The position numbers and the translations under genes were made by a program. The notes beneath the pieces were generated by a model, which searched no databases, was not told the origin of the DNA, and was given only the letters and a program-made list of their open reading frames with translations. DNA of 59,821 nucleotides. Source: Peribolospora baueri. Its lineage: Eukaryota. Position 1 is the first letter of the stretch. Each line of letters begins with the position of its first letter. The stretch spans positions 372,001-431,821 of the forward strand of contig JAMDHS010000006.1 of assembly GCA_029717555.1 (NCBI GenBank). Reading direction: 5' to 3'. Of this stretch, positions 11,390 to 24,715 are shown one piece after another.

Positions 11390-13346
11390 ATGGCCTGGCA
11401 GCGCAGTAAAGAGGCGCCCATGGACTGGGGCTACGAAAAGCCTGAGAGCAGGATGCCCTCTGACAGTCCATTTCGGAGGAGGCTCAACGAAGAGCCTCCT
11501 AGGAAGCGTAAGTTCCGGTGCTCCTTGGTGGGGGTGGTAGTGATGGCGGCGGCGGCGGCGGCGTTGCGTCATGCGTCCTGAATTGGACCTCGACACGAAC
11601 TTGGCTGCTGCACGATACTCATCTGCTCCTTCCTCTTCGCCCTCTTTCATCGGCTTGCTCTTCCAGGGCCTCACGCCGACCTCTCCTCCCCTCCTCCATT
11701 CGGCTTTCCTTCCGCTTCGGCCTCCAGCATCTTCCCCTCTTCATCCTCCTCCTCTTTGGCTCAGAGAGAACCGTCGGGCTCATTTCGCTTTGGCAGCAAC
11801 ACGCCCTTTCTCTTCCAGACTTCTGCCCCCGTCGCTTCCTCCCCGCCTACTTCCTGGGCGCCGCGTTCACCCTTCGACGCCTCGACCGCCTTCCCCGGCC
11901 TCGCGTTCAAAAGCGATGCGAGCGTGCCAGGGCCGGAAGTAGAGATGGGCGAGGCGACTCCGGAAGCCAAAAAGGCGATCGCTTTTGAGGGGAAGGCTGA
12001 GGGAGAAAGCGAACATGGGGACAAGGTGAAAGACGAGGAGCACAATACCACCAAGACCGGAAAGCTGCCCATAGCATCGGGAGCAGTGATAAGGATTCAA
12101 AAACGCCGACAGAGGGGGGGCAGGCGTGGCCTTGCAAGAAGGGTGCACTATGAGGATCAGGATGGAAGCGACACCGAGGAAGTGAGCCAATGCTGAATCA
12201 TACTTCGTCAGTTTATATCGTTCGACACTGTGTGACAGGTGGCCCGATTTCTCTCTTTTTTTCAGTTTCCTCACACGCCCTCTCGCCGAAGACGCCATCG
12301 CCCCGATCCAGCCTCCGACTCCGATGACCTGTCGGAGTCCGGATCCGATGAGGAAGGGTCGCGCAGCTGGATTGCCAACGCATCGCCTCGTCACTTGCTT
12401 GCCCAGCTTTCGTTACCCGTTATGCCGCCAATGATGGGGCCTTCGGCTCAGCAGCCGGTCAGCGCCGCTGAATGGCCGTACGTGCTGTTGGGGTGAGTGC
12501 CAGCCGATGTGGGACTGCCTTTCTGTGTGACGCGCCGCTCACCAGACGTTGTAACTTGGTCATCACTCTCCCGATGCATTTCCAGGTGGCTACAGTTCCT
12601 TTTTAATTTGTCTCTCCTTTTGGCCTTCCTCTACCTCGTCATCAACTTTGTCGTGACGATCCAGCGCGATGTGGACAAGAAGGTGGAAGAGTACAGCCTC
12701 GAGATCCTACAGGAGATCACCCACTGCTCACGCTCATATATCGACAATCGCTGCGACCCTTCGACACGCATTCCCGTCAGCGAGGCCGCTTGCCAGGCAT
12801 GGGAGCACTGCATGAACCGGGACCCTACCGTCGTTGGTCGCGCCAAGGTCGGTGCCGAGACGTTCGCAAGTGTCATCGACGGCTTCGTGGAGAAGATCAG
12901 CTGGAAGACCTTGGTGAGCAGCTTCGGTCCACTTCGGCGTAGGCGCGTCGCCGACCCGCACCTCCGCTGGCGCTGATGAAACGAATGGTGTATTTTTTTC
13001 CCCTTCTGTCTGTTAGGCCTTCGGCGTAATCTCAACCACTTCGCTCATCTTCGCCACAAACACCACGCTCTCTTTCTTCCGAATGAAGCTTCCCCATCCC
13101 TCCTTCGGATCATCCTCGCGAAACGATATTCACCACCCGGACGGCTCCGCTCACGCACCGGGACAAGCTGCCATGAGCGTTCCACCAACGCCCAGCGCCC
13201 ATCACATAACGTACCACCAATCGCCTTTCGTCGGGGCCGGCGGAGGGGCATACACGTCGGGAATGCTGACGGGGATGGGTAGTCCGGCCGCTACGCCTAG
13301 TCGGAGGCGGAGCAAGAGGGAACGTCGTGACGTAGGGGTCCATTAG
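11390..13346 (+). CDS. BRR6: Brr6/Brl1 family nuclear envelope protein, multi-exon
   Basis: Low-complexity N-terminus, then TM1 (WLQFLFNLSLLLAFLYLV), TIQRDVDKK, a four-cysteine luminal loop (C..Y..NRC..P....AC..WE.CMNRDP), RAKVGAETFASVIDGFVEKISWK and TM2. Confidence 0.88.
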
Positions 13347-13646
13347 GCGCTCCGCGTTGGACAGGTCCGAAAATACCATCATCAGAACATGCCAATGCGC
13401 ACAGCGCGGCACAACGAGTGCAACACCCTCCTCCTGTCTTGCTTCATCTATCTGCATATTCTCACCGCGGTACCTAATGGAATCGAGTCAATGATCACGC
13501 ACGCAGCACGTCCTCTTTCCCGGAGGCGTCGGAAGATGCACGCGGGAACATCCACTTGCAGAAAACGATTTCGGTCATCTGGGACTCTACATCTTTGATC
13601 TAATATCTCGAAGTAAACGACCTTTCTTTCCTCTTTCCTTCCGTCT

Positions 13647-13692
13647 TTCCTTCCTTCCTTCCTTCCTTCCTTCCTTCTGTCCTTCCTTCCTT
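13647..13692 (+). repeat. (CCTT)n microsatellite
   Basis: Direct reading of tandem cctt/ttcc units between the convergent BRR6 and transporter 3' ends. Confidence 0.85.
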
Positions 13693-13859
13693 ATTGCTTC
13701 TCTTAGCAAAGCCTGTCCTCGTGATGAAACGCTCCATCAGCAACAACGACGACGACGACGACGACGATCAAGCTCCACAGCGAACGCCGACGATAACGGC
13801 TGTGGCCGTGGCCCGGGCCGCCAGCAGGGGCAATCGCACGGTAATCGTCGTAGCCCCAT

Positions 13860-16800
13860 TCACTTATTCTCGGCGCCTTCATCCGACCTCACCGACCTGG
13901 CCGTTCCCGACCCGGTTCCGGTTCCCTCCTCAGCTTGATGTTCTCCGCTCTTCTCCATCTTGCCTGTGCCCGTGGCGGCGGCGAGCGCGCGACGCTCGGC
14001 TTCGACGTCCGCGAGGAGGCGGTGAGCTTCGGGGCCGCCGGCTTCGATGCCGTACTTGTCCCATTCGTTGGCCACCCACACGGGGTTGCGTTTGTCCTCA
14101 TAAGCCTGAAAGGGGGACGCGCAGAAGGGGAAAAGGAAAAAAAAAAAAAAAAAAAAAAAAAAAGTTCCAAAGTGGTATTGAGCGATCGTCATCGAGAGAT
14201 CGACTGAGTGAATTTGATCAATCGAACATGCATAACATGTCATGTGTGCGTGTGTCCCATTCGCTCACCTTTGCAAAGATAAGGTCCATTTCCTCGAGGG
14301 AGCGCTATGAGCGGTTCAGTTGGAAAGCGCGGTAGAGGATCGATCGATCAGTAAGGAGACATCCCACTGTTTGACAAGACGGACGGACAGCGTGAACTCA
14401 CCCCTTTGGTCTCTGCATGCGGACAAGTGCCACACGTCCAAGGTCAAAGTGACAAGACGAAGTGGTGGGAGGAAAGAGCGATCAGCCGATGGTCGCCTAG
14501 CCGGCTACTAGAGTCGCCTAAATGGGCCTGGATAGGCGACACCACACTTACCAGGATAAAAGGCCCAGACGGTAGGCAAGAAGGAAAGGTTGAGCAGACC
14601 AAAGACGAGGTAGGTGTAGTTGTTGATGTTTTTGAACGCAGGCCTGGATAACGTGGGCACGATGGATGGGGTAGGTCAGCATCTTCGCAGCAAAGATGGA
14701 GGGAGGTGGTTAGCGTTGTGGTACGTTCTGTACGCCTACTCACGGAGTGACCATGACCACCTGCATGTCGCCGAAGAACGAAGGATTATTGAAGGAGGGG
14801 GAAGACCAAAGTCAGATCTGCGACGCTTTGGCCCACACTTAATATCATGCCCGAGCGCAAAGACGAGTCTAACCATAAAGTTGAAAATCCAGTTCTGTCG
14901 TGATCAAAGGGAAGGATTGACGATGGGGTCATGCCAAAAAAAAAAAAAAAGGGGGGGGGGGGGGGACAACGATGTGAGCAATGAAGATTTACCATCGAAA
15001 TAGAACGACGGGGGCACACTCACGCTGCATGTGGCCAGGGCGCTAGAGGCGGCCCGGACCTGGAGCGAAGTCACTTCAGGAGGGTAAAGCCAGGTCATGC
15101 CAAGCCAGCCGATGGCGAACCAGGTGTTGAAGAGGAACAGGAATGCAGCCGCGACTCCGTTAGGGGCCTTGGCTTTGGTGGACGTGCAGCCGCTGTGTGA
15201 TGGACGAGGGAAACGGCAGAACAGGTGGAGACGGATGAGCGAGGTGCGATGCTTGGTTTACTGGTCGTTCTTTCTCACCAGAGTACGACCATCGTCACTG
15301 TTCAAGGTGGGATGCGTGAAGCGGTGAGAAGAAATATAAGAAGATGTCAGAGGAAACGTCGTGCAGAATGATGATCCGGTTAGCACGTCCCAAGGGACAT
15401 CCGGCAGGTACAAGGAGACGTACGGCATTGCAAAACCGCGGCTGTAGCGAAGGGGTCGAAGAGAGCATGCTCAGCTTATCGTCTCTCCTTCCGCATCTCA
15501 AGACGAAGGCACTTGGGGCGGCTGTCTTCGGAAGTAGACTCACTCCACATCATGAGCTTGCGGCGTCCGACAGTGTCGATAAGCTTGAGAGGGATGAGGG
15601 ACGCGAGGACTGAAAAAAAAGCAAGCAAGTGGTGGACATGAGAAGCGAGTGGAAAAGCCCCAGCAAAGCAACAAAAAGAGAGCAAGGGGTTGCACACTCA
15701 CAGTATTCGGTGCCATTGCCTGCAGAACAACGCGGGCGAGAAAACGTCAGTCCGAGTTCGACGCGCGGCTGACAGATGACGTCTACTCACAAGCGGCAAC
15801 CAGCCGAGCTTGGAAGGGCGTGAGACCGATAGAGTCTTCGTATACGACCGTCGCATAGTCTGCGGGCAAGCGCAAGAGCATGGTCGAGCATTGAAAATGA
15901 GCGGCTGGAGGCAGCACAGAGAAGATGTGACAGCGCACTTACAAGTGATCAAGTCTGGTTGATATGGGCAAGGAGACGACGATGAGCACGGTGGAAAGGG
16001 AAGAGGGGGCAGTAATATGATCGGTTCCACTCACTGATACCTCCGATCTTTTTTTTAATCGCCAAAGAAAGCGGCGAGGCCGAGTCAGTAAAGCAACTCT
16101 ATGACGAGAGGGGTTGAGCGGGAACGAGGTCGATCGACCACTCGGACACACCTGCTGCATGGCCTGGATCCAAATCGCGAGCAAGGCTCTCCTAAAGTTC
16201 TGGCTCTTGCCGCCCTGGATCATGACCTTGATGTTGAGGCCTTCCTCTCCGGATGCCAGCAGTCCGTCCTGAATGGCCTTGATGGTCTTTTCGACGTGCG
16301 GATCGTCCTCGGAAATGTCCTCCAGACGAGCGATCACTTGGCGTGCCTCTTCGATCCTCCCTTTCTTTACGAGCCAACGAGGTGTCTCGACGAGGGGTAT
16401 GATGAGGAAGAGAAGGAGGGCGAAGACGATTTGGAGTGCGATGGGCACCCTCCAGGCGGCCGAGGACTTGATGAAGGAGCAACCGAAGCCGACCCCTTGA
16501 TGATGAAGAAAGAAAGAGGGCAATTTAGCATGCGCGTGCAAGCGGTTGTCCGTCCTGAGCCGGCTCGTAAGAAAGTCAATCGAAGGAAAGCTCACAGTAG
16601 GACACCATGATGCCGAAGGTGATCAATGATCTGCGTGGAAAAAGGCGTCTCCATGGTCAGACAAAGGTTGCGATCGCGGCAGAAGGGCGTGCAAAGGTAC
16701 ACATACCCGCTGATGAGGATGAGGAAGCCGCGCTTGTTGGCATCGGAGACCTCGGACTGGTAGACGGGAATGGTGGCGGTGTCTGTGAACGCAACCGATT

Positions 16801-17820
16801 GGAAGGGGACGTTTTCCATGATAAGGTAGGCTGTCGAGCGCAAAACGGGTACAAGCAGGAGACGAGGGGGGCTCACTCAAACCGTTGCCAACGCCGGTGA
16901 CGATCCTGGCGACGATTAGCTGTGGCAACGAATACGCAGTGGTCTGGAGGAGGGCACCTGTACGGTAATAGTCACACGCACATCGACGGGGGTCGAGGAG
17001 ACGACGGATAGCCTTTGAGCCGATGGACATGGGACGCGTGGGACGCACGGAGACTCACCGATGATCATTATGACAGAGCCCCAGACGATGGTCTTCTTTC
17101 TACCCAAGGCGTCGCCGACCCAAAGACACGAGAGTGCGCCCATCAGGCAGCCCTGTGAGAGAACATGAGGGTGGGTGTCAGCGAGCGAGCGGGTTGGACG
17201 CGTCTAAGAGAGTCGTAAGTGGATGAGGAAACGCAGAACGCACGATCTCGTAGATGGCCACCGTGATGGCTTGTATCTTGTCTCCATTGCGGTTGGTCTG
17301 GTCGTTGTAGACGGTCTGAGGGAACTGCTGCTCAAAGTAGGTGTTGGTGAGAAGACCGGACTGGCGGGCAGGACGAGCGAAAGCGAATGGAAAGGTCAGC
17401 TGGGGTCGTTCATTCGAAGGAGCAGGAGTCTGGCTGTCTCGAGGCGACGCGCACATAAAGACCTGACCGAATGACCCGACGGACGAGACGGAGGGGAAGG
17501 ACGGGACGGAGGGTGAGTGTCGGGTGCCGAGCTGTCCTTCATCCATGCGGGTGACGAGCAGGTCTGCTTACCCTGATCATATCCAAAGAGAGTGAAGCCC
17601 GTGCCAGCTGATTCGGTTCGGGGGGAGGAGCACGAAGGGACGCGACGGGCGCGGATGACGTCTCAGCAAGCGTGCCGCCGGCCGGGCAGGCGATGCATCG
17701 TCACGGGGCCGCCGGCGGACGAAGCAAGCAAGCACATGCGGGCTTTTGAGACGCTCCACTCCACTCACCCACAAAGGCGACAGCCGTGGCGAGATTTTGT
17801 CCTCTCAAGTTCTCCCACAT
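13860..17820 (-). CDS. MFS sugar porter (STL1-like polyol/sugar:H+ symporter), many introns and micro-exons
   Basis: Motifs GFTLFGYDQG, GDALGRKKT, ARIVTGVGNG, IPVYQSEV, WRVPIALQ, ETPRWL, QQIGGINLITYY, DTVGRRKL, TWLYPPEV and YPETKG are the sugar-porter family signatures. The ATG context is MWENLRGQNLATAVAF. Confidence 0.9.
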
Positions 17821-19435
17821 GGTCGGCCTTGTCGTCAGTTTATTGTCGTGTCGTCGACGTTGTCGTCGTCGTCTTCTATCTGGAGCGACTCTAAAGCAAG
17901 CGAGCAAGCGAGCAGGCTGGGGAGCGCGGCGAGCGACTGGGAAAAGGTGAGTGAGACGGGCCGAACCGGGCGTCAGTCGGAGGAGCGGAGGGAGGAGTCC
18001 GTCCGGCAAGGGGCGCCCTGTGGCCGTCCCGCTTTAACGGGCAGACGAGGCGCATCGGCGTCCTCGCAATCGTCACCCGACGTGGCAGGCGGGCGAGTGA
18101 CCCGACAGGGGCCTGGTGCCCCTGCCCCTCGCCAGGGCGCCCCGTGGATGTGTGGAGGCGGGGAAGGGCGCGGGGACGATGGAGAGATGCACATGAGGAT
18201 GGGGAACACCAAGGGTCAGTCAGACACAGTGCGAGTTTGCCGACCTTAGGCTCGTGCGGCGCACATCCGGAGGAAACGGCGAACGGCGTCTGGACGAAGA
18301 AGGTGCGTAACGGTGCATACGGACACTCGCGGAGGGAAATGGCAAAACGAAAGCGGTCAGCACGCACTCGCTTATGCGAAAGGGTAGGGCCCCCTTTTTT
18401 AATTCGGTTAGCCGTTCTGCAAGTGACCGAGTTGTATGTTCTGCGCACGAACATGACGACGTGCGTCGTTTGTCGTCGTCGTCGTCGTCGTCATCTCACA
18501 GACGGACCACCTCGCTATGAGCGCTCTCTGTATACGTCGGCGTACCGCAGCCGCGGCTCACGTGGTGGTACTGTGCGAGGGCGATAGAGGGACGAGGGGA
18601 CGGATTCACCGAACAGGGCCCTCCTCGCCTCCACGATTCGATGCGGAGCGAGCTACTAGGCAAGAGAGAGGGGGGCCCCATTTCGAGGCACCAGTGCGTG
18701 TCGCCGAGCATCGTTCGTTCGTCGAGGGACGAATCGGAGTCGGACGAACGACGGACGAACCCCTCGGACCAAAGAAACTTGGACGACTTTTCTGGCGCGT
18801 CCCTAGGCGGTCCGCTATAGTTAGCTAGTTCGCGGCGTCTGTTGCGAGGTCCCAAGGCGCCCCACCACCTGACTTATTAGCTGCTTATGGTATGTCCATC
18901 CTCAATGTACCGTACTCACTCCGCCATTGAGATGAGATGAGACAGTGGCCAGGTTCAGATTCCGGCAACCAAGTCGGTTACTACACGACGTCCCTTCCGT
19001 CTCCGTCTGCGCTAGAGAGGAGAGACCAGAACTGATCTAGTGGTGCAAGAAACAACGGTCGGTCATCTACAAGAAAGAAAGAAATAAAGAACGACGGAAC
19101 GGGAACGAAAAGAAAGGAGGGAGACAAGCTCAGATGGCGAAGAGGAACGGCAGGTAGCTAGTGATACAACCGAGTGGAAAATTCCACGATCGTTTTGCCC
19201 CGGCGCTTGCGGGACTTGTCGGGACGTGTGTGTATGCATTTGGGGAGGGGGGGGAAGCGGGAATCGCCGGTCCGCACTCCGAGATAGATATGGTAGATGA
19301 GTAGAGAGGAGGGGCGGTGGAGTTAGATGTCCAGCATCCGTGGTCCGAGGTGAGAAGAACATGAACGCGAGCACGAACGGACGAGTAGGGGCGAGTCGAT
19401 GGGACGTGTGACAGAAACGGGACGTGTGCGTGTAT

Positions 19436-22400
19436 TCAGTAGAAACCTTTGCCATTGGGCTGTCCGCCTTCGTCGTAGCTACCGAGCCAAGGAAGGAGAA
19501 TGAGGGCGGGGGAATGGATGGATGGATGGACGCTCCGATCAGTGATACGAGACGACGACTCGCGTTTCGAAGCCGACTCACAAGTTGGGCTCGAAATTGA
19601 TGAGACTGAGAACGAACGCAGGCAGGAGGTCGATCAGACGGACGGACGGACGGACGACGACGACCAGGTCAGCCAACGCGTCGAGGGTCGTCGGGCCAAG
19701 GCGACCAAGCGGTACACTACACTTACTGTATGTTGTCAGACCACTGCGCAATCTCGAGCGGGTTCTGTTCAAAGTCGAGGTGAAGGTCGTCGTCCACGAT
19801 GGGTAACGGCTTGGCCTTCTCCGGCTCCTCCTCCTCGCCTTCTGTGCGAGGGTCTTCCCAGCCAAAGTCGATCTGTACAGGGCGAAGGACGAAGGGTAAG
19901 GACGAATGAACGGGCCAGACGCCGACGGACGTCGAACCGACCGACCCGTAAACTCACACAAAGCGCAGAGACGATGCCTCCGTGGAAATAAGGGCGGAGG
20001 CCACGCTCCATCACCGCCCGTCGTCTCACGTCCCTTGCCGCCGGCTTGATCGCCCTGCCGTCGAAGCCCGCGTTGGCGAGTTGGTCCGCGTCGACATCTG
20101 AATGGGAGGCCAGGTGAAGATGAAGGAGTGGTCAAGAGATCAGTCCCAGGGAGCGGAAGTGCAGGCCTACCAATCCGACTTCGGAACTCACCATGAATGC
20201 CCTCACTCCCATCGCCCTGTTCAGAGGCATGAAGCGCCTGCGCAGCCACCTTCTGTGCCGACGCTGCGCTTACGCCCTTCTCGCCGCCAGCGTGCCCGGT
20301 ACCTCGGTCTCCTCCGCTGGGAGGAGGCAGCGCAGCGAGCGGTGGCGGGTCGTGGAAGTCGGGAAGGTACTTGTGGCGACCCCATGAGAAGCCACGTCCG
20401 ACGCCGGAGGTAATTTGCTGGAAAGAAAGAGGGAGGGGGACGAGGAAAGATGAGCCAGGTCGATGAGGCAGTCAATCTCCGTTCCGTCTCACCTTGAGCA
20501 AGTTGTAATGGACGACTGTCGGGAGAGCGGCCCGGCATGCGACAAAACGAAAGCCGACACAATCAGTCGACGATTCAACGAACGACGATATCACGTTCCG
20601 GCAGCCCGGGGGGAGGGGACTCACACAACGGCTCGCCGAGATGGTCGTTCTGCAACATGGTGTGGGAGCAAAAATCGCCACTCAAGGTGCCCCTTGGGAG
20701 GGCGCCCGCGCTGACGTACCGACCGGGCGTGGCCCACCGCTTGGCGAGGGCAAGAAAGGCGAAGCGGAAGGTGTCCTTGTCGCCGTCGGAGAAGTGGTAC
20801 CAAAGCTTCCAGTCGAGGAGCATAAAGTGGGCGGCGTAGAGCGCATCGAGGTGACGGCGCTTGTCGATCACCACCTGACCCGCCTCTTGCTCCCATTCGT
20901 CGCGACAATGGACGCCGATAATCTGCCAGATCGGATTGGTCGGTTGAGTCTTCCAATAGTCGGGCCAGAACAGGGCTCCGAGGCGCTTGTATCCCGGCGC
21001 CTCGAAGAGATACTCTGGGTCATGCTGGACAGAACGAAGAGAGATAAGCACGAGCGTCGACGGGTTTCGTAGATACCCGGTGCGGTGCGGTGCGGTGGCT
21101 CACCGAGGGTATAGAGTCACTGTCCAAGTAGAGCGCCTCTTCCCAACTGCTCTCTATGATCGCGCGCGCTTTGAGGTGCCACTGGAAGCGGAAAAAAGTA
21201 AAAGGGAAGAGAGCGCGGATGTCAGCTCCGAGCTAACTAGCCGCGATGACGAAATGGCGAAGACGCGGAGAAGCAACCCCCGACATGGACGCACGTTCTT
21301 CGTCCTCTTGTCGCTCTTTTTCGTTCCGCCAAGCTCGACGAGCGTGGCTTGGACGGCGGCCAGGTCGTTGTACACCGGATCACCCTCGGGCGGGGCTTCT
21401 CCGGGGAAATGGAAAATCTCGGCGGGGAGGGTGCAGTGGTGGTGCTTGCGGAGGATACGGAGGGTGAGCAGTACGCGGGAGATGGTATCTGCGTTGCCGG
21501 CCGTGAAGACTGTCCGAGGGGGGAGTGATGAGCGTCACCCCGCGTCCTCCTAGGGAGTGCTAGACTCACCCAAACCCCTCCCATGCGGCCTCCCAGATTC
21601 GAGCCCGCCGGGCGTCTTCTCAACCTTGCTCTTGGCGCTTCTCCACTGCGGGCCGAAGCCGCCATCGTCGGCGAGAATGCCGTTGGTGACGAGGTCCTGG
21701 AGAAAGCGCACCATGCTCATGCGAAGGTCGGCGATGGCGGTGGTATTGAACGAGCTCCACAGCTCGTAGCTCTTTAACGTCAGATCCTTATTGTGGTTCG
21801 GTTGGACGTGGTTGCAGGTCTGCGCGGCGGGGTAGGGTCACACGTGAGCGTGGTGAGACAGGGGGCCCGTCTCCTCCACTCCACGCACTTGCCGGGCTGG
21901 GCGCATGCTCGGAGCCCAGCAGAGGAAATGGCAGCAGCGGCGCACTCGGAGCCCAGCGAGGAATGACAGCAGCGACGCACCTGCAAGTTCTTCTTGACCC
22001 AATCCGGCGGCTGAAGGTCTCCCTTTCCGCCTGCGGATGATGGGAGACCGATCGCCTCGAGCCTTCCGAGCCTCTCCGACAAGCGGGCGTCGGTGGGCAG
22101 GGGTCCGTCCCAAGGGTCGTCCAATCGCAGAGAGTCGGCGCTGATGACGTCTCGGATGGACTGGAGGGAAAAGTGCAAGATGGGGAAGGCTCCATGGGGG
22201 TTGTTCGAAGGAGAGGAGGCGGGAGGGGACATGGGTGAGATGAGGTCGGAGACAGGAGAGGGCATGGGGGCGCCGGGGGAGGAAGGCTCGGCCCAAGGGC
22301 TTAATCCGGCGAGGTGGGAGAGCTTGTCCTTCAAGGAGGCGACCATGCTTTTTCGAAGAGAGGCGTCCGACGGCGGAGGCCGTACGGTCGAGTCGGAGTC

Positions 22401-22700
22401 GGCGTCATTGGTGGGAGAGATGTGACTGAGACCTGCGACGTCGACGGCCAGCGGTACCACCTTTGCGTCTGTTCGACCGCCGTCCGACCTGGACTGTGCG
22501 CTGAGGAGGAGGACCCAGCAGAGAGCGCCAACGGTGAAGAGGAAGAGCGTTCTTCTTGCGTTGAGGTTGCGGAGGCGAAAAAGGGAAGAGAGGGCGCTGG
22601 CGGGCGGCCGTTGTCTGGTGTGAGCGTGGAAGGTGGGAGAGAAGGAGGCGGCGGAGGAGGGCGTATGGGCTGAGGGGAGGAGCGGTTTGAGGGAGGCCAT
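19436..22700 (-). CDS. Alpha-mannosyltransferase, GT71 (Mnn1/Mnn2) family, type II membrane protein, multi-exon
   Basis: N-terminal TM (RTLFLFTVGALCWVLLL), then RGIVLTAGNADT, PAEIFHFPGE, FEAPGYKRLGALFWPDYWKT, WEQEAGQVVIDKRRHLDAL and FSDGDKDTFRFAFLAL. The inferred last exon is FYDEGGQPNGKGFY*. Confidence 0.85.
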
Positions 22701-24449
22701 GGCGACAAGGTCGAGGCGAGGCGAGGCGAGGCGAGGCGAGCTGGCGCCGACGAAGCGGAGACGGGGGAGCAGTTGGGAGAGGGAGGCGAGCGAGAGGAGG
22801 AGCAAGGGCGGTATTAAAGCAAGAGGAGAGAAACTGGCAGCGAGCCGAGTGTGGAAGAAAGAGAAGGCGAGCGATCTGCGCAGCACCGACGGGGATCGGG
22901 ATCGGCAGCAAGTCGGCGATGGGAGGCCGGAATAACGGAAGGGTGAGACGGATGGAGGGTGGCGGTGGTGGGCGCAGACGAGGGCGCGGGCGTCGGCGGC
23001 GGCGTCGGCGTCGACGGTGGTGGTGGTGTTGGTGATGGCGTTGGTGTTGGTGGAGAGAGAGACGAAGCAAATAAACGGACGATGACGGAATGAATGGGTC
23101 GATGCGACTGCGCCGTTATCTTGTTTGTCTCTCGCTCCGCTTGTCAGCACCCGCAATTTGTTCAGCTCGTCGTCGTCGATGACCACATCATCCATCCTTG
23201 CCCGACCTTGCTCTCGCTCTCGCTCTCACTCGTCGGCGTCCTGAGCCCGTCGGAAGCACTCAAGTGCACCGTGCAACCGCCGGGAAGTCACGTCGATGTA
23301 AGGTACACGAAGAAAGCAGGAGACAGACGTCCAGCATGATCATCTTGTATCTACATCTATCTACGTCCGCAAAGCCACACCAGCCACGGACGTCATCTCT
23401 CCCTCATCAGCCATTCATCTCTCCCTCATGAGCCACTCCGTCGCCGTCGCAGAAGCGCAAGCAAGCCACGACCGACACAGCTGGCGGACGACGACCGGAA
23501 CCGAATCAGCCCCCGGATTCCATCGACGGTTGCTCCGCACTCAAAACAAAACAAACCCTCCACAAACACCGTTCGTTGCGTGCCTCTTTTCTTTCTTTTC
23601 AGCCGACGAACGACCGTGGGCTGCTACGCACGCAGACACGGCCATGTCTTCCAAATTCCCAATCGACTCGTCCGCCGGTCGGTGTCGGGGATGGATAGAA
23701 AAGCTCAGGCTCAGGCCGACGGCGTATGCGATCCGATCCGTCTCCATCTCAACTAGCACAGGGTGGCCTGCCAGCAGGGTTGGACAACGCGTGCTTATCT
23801 GGCCAAGGTGTATCATCAATCGATCGAAACGTAGGGGACGACCTGAAGTGAGTGAGTGGTCCGAAACCCGTCCGTTGCCATGGCCATCGTTCTCCTCTTC
23901 TACCTCTTGGTCTTCTCCCGTTCACTGCAAGAGTGAGGAGGAGGGGAGACGGGACAACCAGGGCCTTCCTCGTCCGCTCCGATTTCACGCTGCGCAGACC
24001 GTTCCCTGAGGTAGAGGCGAGGCGATGCTCCGGGACGGTGACCCCCTTGCCGTCCGCCCGCCCCTCCCGGCCTCTTTTTCTCCCCGTCCTCCATCTCCCA
24101 CTCGACTTTCAGACCCTGTCTTCGCCCAGGATTCGAGCTGGTGTCGTAATGTGAGGATCACGGTGCACGTGCCAGATCTTGGATTCTCTCCAAAGGAGGG
24201 GAGACTGAGCAGGGGTTGTGCGGAAGTCGAAAAGAAGTGGAGAAGGGGAGGAGGTGGCCGATATAGGCAGTGTGAGGGTGGGGATTCCACATCACCCCCT
24301 CGCTAAGACGCTTGTCCTCAAGCGGTGAAAGGAAGAGACTGCGGGGTGGAGGAAGGGGTAGGGGCGCACGTCGCCGGTCAACGACGGCGATCGTCGCCTC
24401 GCTTCGTCGCATCGTCTGCCCACCACCACTCCGCCCAAGGAGCATCCCG

Positions 24450-24703
24450 CGAGGTTGAGGCGCTCGCCGTTGACAAGAAAATGTAGCACATGACCGTCGA
24501 GGGCCTCTAACTGGTAGGCGCCGTTTGCCACTCGTCGAGCGGATGATGAAAGGGCCGTCCCAGCGAGGTTCGAGCTTTTGTCGGCGGGAGAGGCGGAAAC
24601 GAAAGACTCGGTCACCGACTTTGAAGCTGCGTTCGACGTAGGTGTCATCTTGACGTTCGGCCTGCCTCCTGGAGGCGTCCAAGAGCGCGTTCGTCCGCGG
24701 CAC
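24450..24703 (-). mobile_element. Degenerate Ty3/gypsy retrotransposon remnant (integrase C-terminal GPF/SH3-like region) with a frameshift
   Basis: RSFKVGDRVFRFRLSRRQKLEPRWDGPFII, then a frameshift near 24525, then NGAYQLEALDGHVLHFLVNGERL. This resembles the typical gypsy integrase tail (F.VGD.V...KL.PRW.GP(Y/F)....GAY.L..LDG.....VNG.RL). Confidence 0.75.
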
Positions 24704-24715
24704 GTCGGTGCTTCT

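Noticed and set aside
14137..14965. Long poly-A and A/G homopolymer runs
   Set aside because: They lie inside introns of the transporter (polypyrimidine on the sense strand). No TSD or body to indicate retroposon tails.
22701..23195. N-terminal extension of the 471-aa ORF (MDDVVIDDDELNK..) upstream of the GT71 gene
   Set aside because: It runs through microsatellite-like sequence. The ATG at 22700 has good context and gives normal type II membrane topology.
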